From the IMG/VR virus record IMGVR_UViG_3300045988_111952: a stretch of 41,835 nt of DNA. One strand, 5' to 3'. Below, in pieces: positions 1 through 7,357 of the stretch (positions within the stretch are counted from its first letter, which is position 1; every line of letters starts with the position of its first letter). A program made the translations under genes and the position numbers. The DNA comes from a virus. The notes under the pieces are model-generated. The model did not search any database and was not told the DNA's origin. It was given only the letters and a program-made list of their open reading frames with translations.

Positions 1-99
1 CTTTTTTTGTTTTGGCGTAAAGATGGCGCAAATGCGGCGCGGAGGTGTCCTACGGCGCGGGATGGATTGTGGTACAATAAAACCAGAAAGACGAGGTGA
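1..99. repeat. Terminal direct repeat, left copy (circular-assembly overlap or physical DTR)
   Basis: Identical to 41737..41835 by direct comparison. Confidence 0.95.
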
Positions 100-104
100 G
101 CGGG

Positions 105-461
105 ATGTACTGGAACAACTACGGTATGCAGACCCCCTACAGCAACCCCTATGGGCAGACGATGCAGCAGGCGTTACAGCCGTGCAGCATCACGAAGGTG
201 AGCGGCGAAAACGGCGCAAAGGCGTTTGGAATGGCACCAAATTCCAGCGCACTGCTGCTGGACGAGACCGCGCCGCTGGTGTGGCTGAAGACAACGGACG
301 GTGCAGGCTACCCGACACTGACCCCCTACACGATCACGCCGTACAAGGCCGCGCCGCCGGTGGATGTGGCGAGCCTTGAACAGCGCATTACAGCATTGGA
401 GGCGAAATTCCATGACGAACCCGATCTTACAAGCGATGGGAAAAAGCACAATACCCAATAA
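105..461 (+). CDS. Hypothetical protein (118 aa, Tyr/Pro/Gln-rich N-terminus)
   Basis: ATG at 105 follows GAGGTG at 93..98. The track ORF 96..461 begins at an upstream GTG. No family recognised. Confidence 0.7.
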   Translation: MYWNNYGMQTPYSNPYGQTMQQALQPCSITKVSGENGAKAFGMAPNSSALLLDETAPLVWLKTTDGAGYPTLTPYTITPYKAAPPVDVASLEQRITALEAKFHDEPDLTSDGKKHNTQ

Positions 462-624
462 CCCTGCGGCGCTGATACAGCAGTTTACGCAATTCAAGCA
501 GCAGATGCAGGGGAAAGACCCACAGAAAATTGTGGAGCAGATGCTTGCTGATGGGCGGATGAGCCAGCAGCAGTTTGAACAGCTGAAAGCGATAGCGGAA
601 AATTTTAAGGGTGTGTTGTACTGA
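412..624 (+). CDS. Hypothetical small protein (70 aa, Gln-rich helical)
   Basis: ATG at 412 follows GGAGG at 398..402. Overlaps the end of the preceding gene. Confidence 0.6.
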   Translation: MTNPILQAMGKSTIPNNPAALIQQFTQFKQQMQGKDPQKIVEQMLADGRMSQQQFEQLKAIAENFKGVLY

Positions 625-680
625 TATAGGCCGGGTCGACACGGCTTATAAATACAAATCTTACGAAAGGATTGGATACT

Positions 681-1307
681 ATGGACAATGGGTACTCTTT
701 GAGCGACCTGCGCGCGGCGACCGGTGACGGCAACGGCTTCGGCGGAAACGGCGCATGGTGGATGGTGATTTTGTTCCTGATCTGCTTCATGGGCGGCGGC
801 TTCTGGGGCAACCGGCAGGGCGAGTTTGGCCAGTATGCCACCGCTGCCAGCCAGCAGGAGATCTTGTTTGGCCAGCACTTTGGGCAGCTGAACGACCGTT
901 TGACCAATCTGGGCAACGGCGTCTGCAATCTCGGCTTCGAGATGCAGGGCGGCATTGGTCAGCTTGGCAAGGAAGTGGCGCTGGCGCAGGCCGGCACGAA
1001 CACGACCATTATGCAGACGGGCAACAACATCCAGAGCCAGTTGGCGCAGTGCTGCTGCGAGAACCGCCTTGCGACGGCCAACCTGTCCGCGCAGATGGAC
1101 CGCCAGACCTGCGACATCACGAATGCAATCCGCGCCGAAGGCGAGCAGACCCGTGCGCTGATGCAGGCTAACGAGATCCAGCAGCTGCGCGACAAGGTAA
1201 ACGCCTTGCAGATGGACAACCGCATGTACGGCGTGGTGCGTTACCCCAACGGCTACACCTACACGGCAGGCCCTAGCCCGTTCTGTGGCTACGGAAGCTG
1301 CGCATAA
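681..1307 (+). CDS. Membrane-anchored coiled-coil protein (one TM helix, WWMVILFLICFMGGGFW; Cys-rich C-terminus)
   Basis: ATG at 681 follows AAAGGA. Hydrophobic helix, then Gln/Asn-rich heptad-like region. An intrinsic terminator follows. Confidence 0.75.
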   Translation: MDNGYSLSDLRAATGDGNGFGGNGAWWMVILFLICFMGGGFWGNRQGEFGQYATAASQQEILFGQHFGQLNDRLTNLGNGVCNLGFEMQGGIGQLGKEVALAQAGTNTTIMQTGNNIQSQLAQCCCENRLATANLSAQMDRQTCDITNAIRAEGEQTRALMQANEIQQLRDKVNALQMDNRMYGVVRYPNGYTYTAGPSPFCGYGSCA

Positions 1308-1323
1308 TCGCTGTAACAGCGTC

Positions 1324-1356
1324 AGCCCGCACGGCAAGCGCTGTGCGGGCTTTTTT
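1324..1356 (+). terminator. Intrinsic terminator
   Basis: agcccgcac / gtgcgggct 9-bp stem followed by T6. The next RBS follows immediately. Confidence 0.75.
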
Positions 1357-1376
1357 GAGGAAAGGAGTATAGTTTT

Positions 1377-1817
1377 ATGGCTTGCAATGAAAGGCTGAAA
1401 AACCCCCATTTCAAGAGCGCACAGAACGCCTACAACAACACGGCGCAGACGATGGCCGCGACCGCAACGCCCGTCAATGTACTGGGCATCCTGAACACAG
1501 ATACCGGGTGCAGCATCGACACGAACGCGGGCGGATTTATCATACGACACAGTGGGTTATACCGCATAAGCTATGACGTGACTTTTACGGCAGGCGCTGC
1601 CGGCACGGAAGTGCTGCAAGGTATGAAAGATACCGCTGCGCTGCCCTGCATGACGGCACAGGCCACTGTGGCGGCTGACGGCAGTGTGACGCTGCACGCG
1701 GAAACGACCGTGTACATCCCGGTATGCTGCGGCAATATGCCGACCATCAGCGCGGTTATGAGCGGCGTTGCGGGTACGGTGAACCATGTGTGCGCCAGCG
1801 TTGTGAAGCTGGCATGA
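1377..1817 (+). CDS. Hypothetical protein, possibly a C1q/TNF-like (BclA C-terminal-domain-like) jelly-roll
   Basis: Strong RBS GGAAAGGAG. The motif GLYRISYDVTF and all-beta character resemble C1q/BclA-CTD proteins. The fold call is tentative. Confidence 0.75.
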   Translation: MACNERLKNPHFKSAQNAYNNTAQTMAATATPVNVLGILNTDTGCSIDTNAGGFIIRHSGLYRISYDVTFTAGAAGTEVLQGMKDTAALPCMTAQATVAADGSVTLHAETTVYIPVCCGNMPTISAVMSGVAGTVNHVCASVVKLA

Positions 1818-1827
1818 GGTGCGCGAG

Positions 1828-2298
1828 ATGGAGAAGATCAAAGACTACAAGGTAAAGCTGGAACACGAGATTGACGAGTTTATTGAGCATTACCCTGTGA
1901 ATGAGCGCAGCGTGGCGGTGTTGACCTCGATGCTGGAATGCTGGGAGCATGTTAAAGAGTGCGCTAAGTGCAGCGGCAGCGGGGACGAAGAACTTACCAA
2001 AGAAGATGCCATGAGCTGGATGTACAACATGAAGAACGAGGACGGCAGCTATGGTGCACACTGGGATTTGGAACAGACGCGGCCCTATATGGAGCCGCGC
2101 GGTGTGACCTGCGAGCTTTGGAAGTGGGCCGCTGTGATGAACATGATGTACAGCGACTACTGCAAGGCGGCACGCAAGAACAGCGTGGACAGGCCGGAGT
2201 TTTACGCAGACCTTGCGGCGGCGTTTTTGGATGACAAGGACGCGCCGGAGGATAAGGCCGGGCGGTATTACCACAATATTGCGGCAGTGCAGGAATAA
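1828..2298 (+). CDS. Hypothetical protein (156 aa)
   Basis: ATG at 1828 follows AGGTG. It is the last plus-strand gene before the convergent terminator. Confidence 0.75.
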   Translation: MEKIKDYKVKLEHEIDEFIEHYPVNERSVAVLTSMLECWEHVKECAKCSGSGDEELTKEDAMSWMYNMKNEDGSYGAHWDLEQTRPYMEPRGVTCELWKWAAVMNMMYSDYCKAARKNSVDRPEFYADLAAAFLDDKDAPEDKAGRYYHNIAAVQE

Positions 2299-2304
2299 AA
2301 AATC

Positions 2305-2343
2305 AGCCCGCAGCTGACGAGGCTTCCTCGACAGCTGCGGGCT
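2305..2343. terminator. Bidirectional terminator hairpin between convergent operons
   Basis: Perfect long palindrome: agcccgcagctg-a-cgagg-ctt-cctcg-a-cagctgcgggct. A-run upstream, T-rich downstream. Confidence 0.8.
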
Positions 2344-2351
2344 TTGCTGTG

Positions 2352-2798
2352 TCATGGGAGAATATCAAGTTCCCAGCCGGAGGGAAGTTCCAGAAGAAAC
2401 AGGCCGGTGCGTTCCTGCGCGCGTACCCAGAAATCGGAACGGTTCAGTTCTTTTGCTGTATCGCGGCGTGATTTGCCCTCAAAGTAAATGGCGATCAGGA
2501 CAGATTGCTGGTCGGAGTTGAGGGGTTTCATAGCTTCGTGCCGCTTGGAATAGGCTGTGTTCATCTCGGCGCGGGCACGACAGTACCGGGCATAGGCTTT
2601 ATCGTACCGTTCTGCCAGGCGGGCTACCGGGTCAGAGCGGGTGTTGCCTTTTGGCATACCATCGGCAGGGTGGGCCGACATGGCGGCGTTGGATTCATAG
2701 AATTTATCGCGGGCCTTGATGAAGGCTTTCTGATAGGCGGCATATTTTTCCATCCATTTTTGACGCTGGGTGTTGCCGCAGGGGACATTATTTTCCAT
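2352..2798 (-). CDS. Putative phage transcriptional regulator with a sigma-70 region-4-like C-terminal HTH (ArpU/DUF1492-like)
   Basis: Internal ATG (MENNVPCG) chosen because it abuts the upstream gene. The C-terminal stretch SDQQSVLIAIYFEGKSRRDTAKELNRSDFWV resembles a region-4 HTH. It is the last gene of the early operon. Confidence 0.6.
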   Translation of the reverse strand: MENNVPCGNTQRQKWMEKYAAYQKAFIKARDKFYESNAAMSAHPADGMPKGNTRSDPVARLAERYDKAYARYCRARAEMNTAYSKRHEAMKPLNSDQQSVLIAIYFEGKSRRDTAKELNRSDFWVRAQERTGLFLLELPSGWELDILP

Positions 2799-3147
2799 TG
2801 CTGATTCCCTCCAACCAGTAATCTTTTTTGCACTGTTCACAGGGCTTACCATCCCTTACACATTTGGTTTTATATGATTTATCAATCTTTTTAGGGCATA
2901 TATTTATAATGCCGTTTTTCATTGGTGCATCTGAAAAATACCTTTCCAAAACATCTTGCCTTGTACGCGGCCACTTTTCCGCCCACTCAATCAGCTTTTG
3001 CGTTCGCTCTATAACTTTTATCGTGTCATAGTTGCATAAAGCACAGCCCAGACTTTTACCATCACTGTTTAGTGGACATGCTTCGCAAATACCATTGTAC
3101 ATATTGCAAAGCTGAGCTCGATACATTTCGTATTGAAAAGCGTCCAT
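2788..3147 (-). CDS. Cys-rich hypothetical protein, paralogue A
   Basis: AAGGAG RBS before the ATG at 3147. Shares the pattern MDA..Y...C..CPL...IEWA.K.P.TRQ..L..F.DA...C..C..DYW.E with 3824..4183. Visibly lower GC than the flanks. Confidence 0.75.
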   Translation of the reverse strand: MDAFQYEMYRAQLCNMYNGICEACPLNSDGKSLGCALCNYDTIKVIERTQKLIEWAEKWPRTRQDVLERYFSDAPMKNGIINICPKKIDKSYKTKCVRDGKPCEQCKKDYWLEGISNGK

Positions 3148-3192
3148 AAGGTTTCTCCTTTTTCCGTTGCAAAACAAATAGAATAGTGTATG

Positions 3193-3393
3193 TCATTTTG
3201 TGAGTCTCCTAAAGATGCGATAAAGCGCAATGCCGATGCGGGTTACGATTAGCAGCGGCCAGAAAATAAGGACAATAACGTTGTCTGCGCCGTCTACGGT
3301 GTCCATTCGGTCTGTGTGGTTGATGTACAGGACGGCGAGCAGGCCGCACAGGTCGTAAACACAGACGGCGGCGATAACAAGGATAATGGTCAT
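3193..3393 (-). CDS. Small membrane protein (66 aa, two TM helices)
   Basis: ATGA start/stop overlap with the upstream gene at 3390..3393. Two hydrophobic helices. Confidence 0.6.
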   Translation of the reverse strand: MTIILVIAAVCVYDLCGLLAVLYINHTDRMDTVDGADNVIVLIFWPLLIVTRIGIALYRIFRRLTK

Positions 3394-3827
3394 GGGGTCA
3401 CCTCCGGGGGTTCGGGGAGCGGCATCCAGTGGGTGACATAAACAAAGTCTGGTAAATATTCCTCGCTGAACCATACGTCCAAATCATCGTCTCTCCATGC
3501 CATATAAATGTTGTGACAAACAGAATCGTAGATAAGTACGCATTCGTGTTTGGCTGGCAGTCTGTCTTTAACGCTTATCCAATGTGCCGTAGGCCGCAGA
3601 GATTCAGGGTCGATGGTAGGTGCTTTCTTGGCTTCGTCCACGATGAACTTCATCCCAGCATCGTAACCACGCGCATAGGCCGCTTTCTGTTCAGCAAGGC
3701 AATTCTTGCCGCCAGACCATATGAAATGTGCACCGTCATATTGTAAGATTTCTTTAATGTCGATCAACCGCGCCGGTTCTTTCGGCTGGCTTGCGCCCGG
3801 AATCGGGCAGCCTGTTGTTGTGCTCAT
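3390..3827 (-). CDS. DUF551-like phage protein
   Basis: C-terminal stretch WISVKDRLP...VLIY....VTHWMPLPEPP is the typical DUF551 signature. Confidence 0.75.
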   Translation of the reverse strand: MSTTTGCPIPGASQPKEPARLIDIKEILQYDGAHFIWSGGKNCLAEQKAAYARGYDAGMKFIVDEAKKAPTIDPESLRPTAHWISVKDRLPAKHECVLIYDSVCHNIYMAWRDDDLDVWFSEEYLPDFVYVTHWMPLPEPPEVTP

Positions 3828-4183
3828 TCTGATACCTCCTCGTTCCAGTAGTCGTCACGGCACCTATCACAACGGCAAGTGATACTCAAATAACCGTACT
3901 TGGCGCATCGTAATGGCTTCAAGGTTTTGTCTAATGAGCAAGGCAACAAACGAGTGATGGCGCTTAAATACGCATCCGGGAACTTCTTCAAGAACTCGCT
4001 CTGGCGAGTCTTGACTGGGTGGTCTTTTGCCCATTCCTCGACTATCTGCACAGCCTTTTCCACGTATTCGATTGTATCCGTGATACAGCAGCAATTTTCT
4101 TTGTCTTGCAATGGGCATTCAGAACAACTGTCTTTGCTTCTGCACAATCTGAATTGGGTTTTTACATATTTAACTGCGTCCAT
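3824..4183 (-). CDS. Cys-rich hypothetical protein, paralogue B
   Basis: AAGGAG RBS. Aligns with 2788..3147 (VEEWAKDHPVKTRQSEFLKKFPDA / CDRCRDDYWNEE). Confidence 0.75.
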   Translation of the reverse strand: MDAVKYVKTQFRLCRSKDSCSECPLQDKENCCCITDTIEYVEKAVQIVEEWAKDHPVKTRQSEFLKKFPDAYLSAITRLLPCSLDKTLKPLRCAKYGYLSITCRCDRCRDDYWNEEVSE

Positions 4184-4187
4184 AGTC

Positions 4188-4469
4188 TCACTCCTTATCC
4201 AGTCCGCGGGCTACATACTGCCCATAGGTCATGCCAAGGGCGGCAGCTTCGCGGGTGCATTGCTCAATGGGTTTTATGGTTTTCTTCAGGCAGGGATGCG
4301 TGGCGGGTTTCTTGCTTTTTTTCAAAACGCCGGCATCCCTGCGGCGCTGGTAAGATGCCTGCGCGCTTTTGATATTGCGCTTGCGGATGCAGGAATCGCA
4401 ATAGCGCTTTGTGGGCTGTACGTCCCACATGATTTTCCCGCAGGTCTTGCAGAATTTTGTTGTGGTCAT
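4188..4469 (-). CDS. Zinc-ribbon protein
   Basis: CKTC...CDSC motif. ATGA overlap with the upstream gene. Confidence 0.7.
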   Translation of the reverse strand: MTTTKFCKTCGKIMWDVQPTKRYCDSCIRKRNIKSAQASYQRRRDAGVLKKSKKPATHPCLKKTIKPIEQCTREAAALGMTYGQYVARGLDKE

Positions 4470-4795
4470 AGCGGCTCCTTTGTTTTGGGTGCTTCAATGC
4501 CGATGCCCTGTAGTGTTACCTGCGCCCAGAGGTCGGCAAGCTGGTCATTGCGGTACTCGTTGTATTTATCAGCAACGGGGCCGACCATTGCATCCTGAAT
4601 CCGTTTCAGGGTGCGGGGAGAAAGACCGACCTGATAGCACGCCAGCAGGCACAGATAGGTAGCGCGGGTAGCAATATCGTTTCGCTCCTGCATGACAGCT
4701 TCCTGCGCACGGCTCTGGATGCCCTGAATTTTAGCTTCTGCATAGGCGTCTATGGCTTTTTGCATGGCCGGGGTGGGATGAAGTCTGGCTTTCAT
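4466..4795 (-). CDS. Hypothetical protein (109 aa)
   Basis: ORF coupled by ATGA overlaps on both sides. Confidence 0.65.
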   Translation of the reverse strand: MKARLHPTPAMQKAIDAYAEAKIQGIQSRAQEAVMQERNDIATRATYLCLLACYQVGLSPRTLKRIQDAMVGPVADKYNEYRNDQLADLWAQVTLQGIGIEAPKTKEPL

Positions 4796-5517
4796 AGGTT
4801 CACTTCCAATTCTTCAATAAAAATTTCGGTGCGGGGGTTTTCTTTGTTGGGCCTCTTTTCTTTTAATGCAGCTTTAATCAGTTCGCTATGGCTTCGGCTC
4901 ATGTCAACCGGATCTAAAATTTTTTCTGGCCGGATTCCTGCATAATATCGCTGTGCTATAGTTGCATAATTTATCCCGGAGATTTCAGCCCATTCTTTCA
5001 TGCAATGCGACACGCCGTTAATCACTATATTTACATTTGTTCTTTTGTTCCGTTGCTGTTCTTTCGGGGTTTTGAACTCACAGTTTTCAGGAGAATAGCC
5101 CTTATTGTTATCAACTCGGTCAATCCACATACCGGGTTTGTAACCATTTTCAAGCGCCCATGTCTTAAATGCGTGATAGTCGTGCTCCCACTCTTTGCAA
5201 ACGGTAATCCCTCTTTTGCCATAATTGTGATACGCATTATCTGTTTCGCAGTTGCAACGGCTTTTTATGCTTGCCCAAACAGAATGCAATTTTTCTTTGT
5301 AAACAGCTCCGCCAAATTTTGTTATGACATCATGGTTGTAACATCCGCATGAAGTGGAGCAGCCTTTTCGTAAAGAATTACCGCTCACCGCTTTCTCTCT
5401 ACCGCAATCACATTTACAGTTCCACATGATATTTCCGTTGCAGTCTCTTAAATCGCTTTCTGAAACCACCGTCCAACGGCCAAACCGTTTTCCAGTCAAG
5501 TCAATCCTTTTCCCCAT
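4792..5517 (-). CDS. HNH/AP2-type homing-endonuclease-like DNA-binding protein
   Basis: N-terminal LTGKRFGRWTVV...C.C.CG...SCGC and IDRVDNNKGYSPENC motifs are typical of free-standing phage HNH_3/AP2-like genes. Low-GC island. The C-terminus repeats the RusA C-terminus. Confidence 0.7.
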   Translation of the reverse strand: MGKRIDLTGKRFGRWTVVSESDLRDCNGNIMWNCKCDCGREKAVSGNSLRKGCSTSCGCYNHDVITKFGGAVYKEKLHSVWASIKSRCNCETDNAYHNYGKRGITVCKEWEHDYHAFKTWALENGYKPGMWIDRVDNNKGYSPENCEFKTPKEQQRNKRTNVNIVINGVSHCMKEWAEISGINYATIAQRYYAGIRPEKILDPVDMSRSHSELIKAALKEKRPNKENPRTEIFIEELEVNL

Positions 5518-5909
5518 GTATCGTAATCCTCCGTAAAATCTTCTATGTAGATTTCTGTTCTCGGGTTTTCTTTGTCGTAGTACACCCTTGTTCCATCTGT
5601 GGCCGCAACAATATTTCGGTTGTCATCTGCAAGTATTTTGGCATCTACTAAAACATCCATAATGGCGCTTTCTAAATTCGTTTTGTCCACTTTCCTACGG
5701 GTAGGCATGTAAAACAGCAGCCTGATGTTATAACGACCTGACAGCGGGGTTTTCGGCTTTGGGGTGAGATACCACATAGCGGCCTGTTCGTACTTTTTGT
5801 ACTGCCTGCTTGGGGCGATGAACGGCTTGCCTGTGCGATGATTGTTAAGTATCTGCTGGGAGTTCTTTTTGGTGATAGGGGGCAGGGAGATAATGTATTT
5901 TTGGATCAT
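5496..5909 (-). CDS. rusA: RusA-family Holliday-junction resolvase
   Basis: ITKKNS...VDKTNLESAIMDVLVDAKILADDNRNIV matches the RusA catalytic Asp-rich core. ATGA overlap with the upstream gene fixes the start at 5909. Confidence 0.75.
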   Translation of the reverse strand: MIQKYIISLPPITKKNSQQILNNHRTGKPFIAPSRQYKKYEQAAMWYLTPKPKTPLSGRYNIRLLFYMPTRRKVDKTNLESAIMDVLVDAKILADDNRNIVAATDGTRVYYDKENPRTEIYIEDFTEDYDTWGKGLT

Positions 5910-6826
5910 GTAAAGTCCTCCATGCTCATCTGTCCCGGCAGTACATCTTCTTCCATCCACCAGCGAAATACATCTTGCCCTGTACCGCCCATCATCCAGT
6001 TTCCGTTCAGCTTTCCGCGCACTCTGCGCTCATCAAGCATCCTGTCAAAGGATTGGATGTATAGTTTCTCGTAAGCAGGCCAGCGTCGAAACTCCGCATA
6101 TCGTTTACTTTTCTTTGCAAGCGGACATCCGATACACCCCACACGATCCAGCCCACATTTATACAACGGATTGACAGGCACCTTTGCATCCTGCAAAAAG
6201 CTCCATACTTGATTGTCCGTCCAGTCCACAATGGGGTTTACTACGCGTTTTGCGGCCACCTTACACCCTTCAAAAATTTCTCCCGGCTCCTGTTTTTCGC
6301 CTTTCAGAACGATTTTGTTCGCTTTGTTCCGGGTGTACGCTTCAAAAACGCCGCTGTCGCGCTTTCTTCGGCTACTTTCCGCCCACCGCACGCCAGTCGT
6401 GATGAACCTACCGTTTCCGCCCTGCTCTTTCAGCACAGCGCAGCAATACCGCATGATTCGTGTCGGCGGCATCAGCTTTTGCGGGATCAAACTCCACATG
6501 CTTGTGCGCTTGCCTTTGTAGGTGGGGTAATTGACGGTGCATTTTATACCCAAATTTTCGAGCCGCGCGAACTCCTGCCGTACAAAGCGCACCGTTTCCG
6601 GGGCGTCAGCCGTAGTGTGGTTATGCTGCACTTCAAACGGGATGCCCCCCCTCAGTGCAAGCTCTACGCACACGCTGCTGTCCTTACCGCCGCTGGTTGT
6701 AACGACCAGCGGCGTGCCGTAATACTTCAGCGCCATGTCGCTTGCAGCCTTCAGCCTCCCGATGGCGATCTTCTCCGGGTCGCCGCTTGTCGGCAGTGTC
6801 ACGAGGCCCCAATCTTCTTTGCTCAC
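5906..6826 (-). CDS. PAPS-reductase / PP-loop ATP-pyrophosphatase family protein (IbrA/DUF3440-like)
   Basis: PP-loop TTSGGKDSS. C-terminal Cys cluster CGLDRVGCIGCPLA. GTG start at 6826 with AAGGAG 8 nt upstream and a GTGA overlap. An upstream ATG at 6871 lacks an RBS. Confidence 0.8.
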   Translation of the reverse strand: MSKEDWGLVTLPTSGDPEKIAIGRLKAASDMALKYYGTPLVVTTSGGKDSSVCVELALRGGIPFEVQHNHTTADAPETVRFVRQEFARLENLGIKCTVNYPTYKGKRTSMWSLIPQKLMPPTRIMRYCCAVLKEQGGNGRFITTGVRWAESSRRKRDSGVFEAYTRNKANKIVLKGEKQEPGEIFEGCKVAAKRVVNPIVDWTDNQVWSFLQDAKVPVNPLYKCGLDRVGCIGCPLAKKSKRYAEFRRWPAYEKLYIQSFDRMLDERRVRGKLNGNWMMGGTGQDVFRWWMEEDVLPGQMSMEDFT

Positions 6827-7011
6827 GATGCTATCTCCTTTACTTTCGCGTAATACTTCTCGCTGTACCATATGTCCGGCAGGTTTGGATTTTGGGTGTA
6901 ACCTGCGGTGCGCAGGGCGGCTTCGGCGTTCCAATGCGTGGAATACAGGCGCTTGGAGTGGGTGATGTCACCGGTAGAGCGTGAGTAGGTGATGATTTCA
7001 TACTTTGCCAT
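6823..7011 (-). CDS. Hypothetical small protein (62 aa)
   Basis: ORF translationally coupled on both sides. Confidence 0.55.
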   Translation of the reverse strand: MAKYEIITYSRSTGDITHSKRLYSTHWNAEAALRTAGYTQNPNLPDIWYSEKYYAKVKEIAS

Positions 7012-7357
7012 TCAGCGTCAGCGCCTCTTTCTGGTTGATTTCTCCGCGCTGCATTTTCTGAAAAAGCGGCGTGTCAAAGTGCAGGCATTCATGGCAGGTG
7101 CGGGAGAACAGGACGTCAAAGGATTCGATTTTGTGCGGGAGAAATTCCTCTGCCGCCGTGCGCAGTTCGGCAACGGTAGGCGGGAATTTCAGCGTGGCGG
7201 CAAGGCTGGCCGCACCGCTTCTGGCTGCCTGCAAGGGTATGTCTTTCAGTGCAACGGCCCATGCTTTTGTCATTTCGTCTGGGTCTTTGCCGCGCATGAG
7301 ATTTGCCCAGTAGTTGGTACAGGACAGAAGAAAAACAGCGGTTTCCGGTTCAGTCAT
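6998..7357 (-). CDS. Putative helicase-loader-like protein (G39P-like N-terminal pattern)
   Basis: The pattern W...L.D.......A.......FPPTVAEL resembles the SPP1 G39P loader family. It lies directly downstream of the DnaD-like gene. The function call is tentative. Confidence 0.6.
   Translation of the reverse strand: MTEPETAVFLLSCTNYWANLMRGKDPDEMTKAWAVALKDIPLQAARSGAASLAATLKFPPTVAELRTAAEEFLPHKIESFDVLFSRTCHECLHFDTPLFQKMQRGEINQKEALTLNGKV

Noticed and set aside
174-1550. 458-aa minus-strand ORF
   Set aside because: It is an antisense shadow ORF of four well-supported plus-strand genes in GC-rich DNA. It has no RBS and an Arg/Ala/Cys-rich composition.
2352-2852. Using the longest ORF starts from the track for many minus-strand genes (for example 2852, 3177, 3474, 5960, 6934, 8411, 10280, 10918, 13722)
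   Set aside because: In each case an internal ATG or GTG with a Shine-Dalgarno sequence, or an ATGA/TAATG coupling to the upstream stop, gives a non-overlapping operon structure. The upstream extensions are Arg/Pro/His-rich and overlap the preceding gene.
4792-5960. The HNH-like gene as an intein inside RusA
   Set aside because: The two ORFs are in different reading frames and overlap by 22 nt. The HNH-like ORF has its own start codon. No intein splice-junction motifs are seen.
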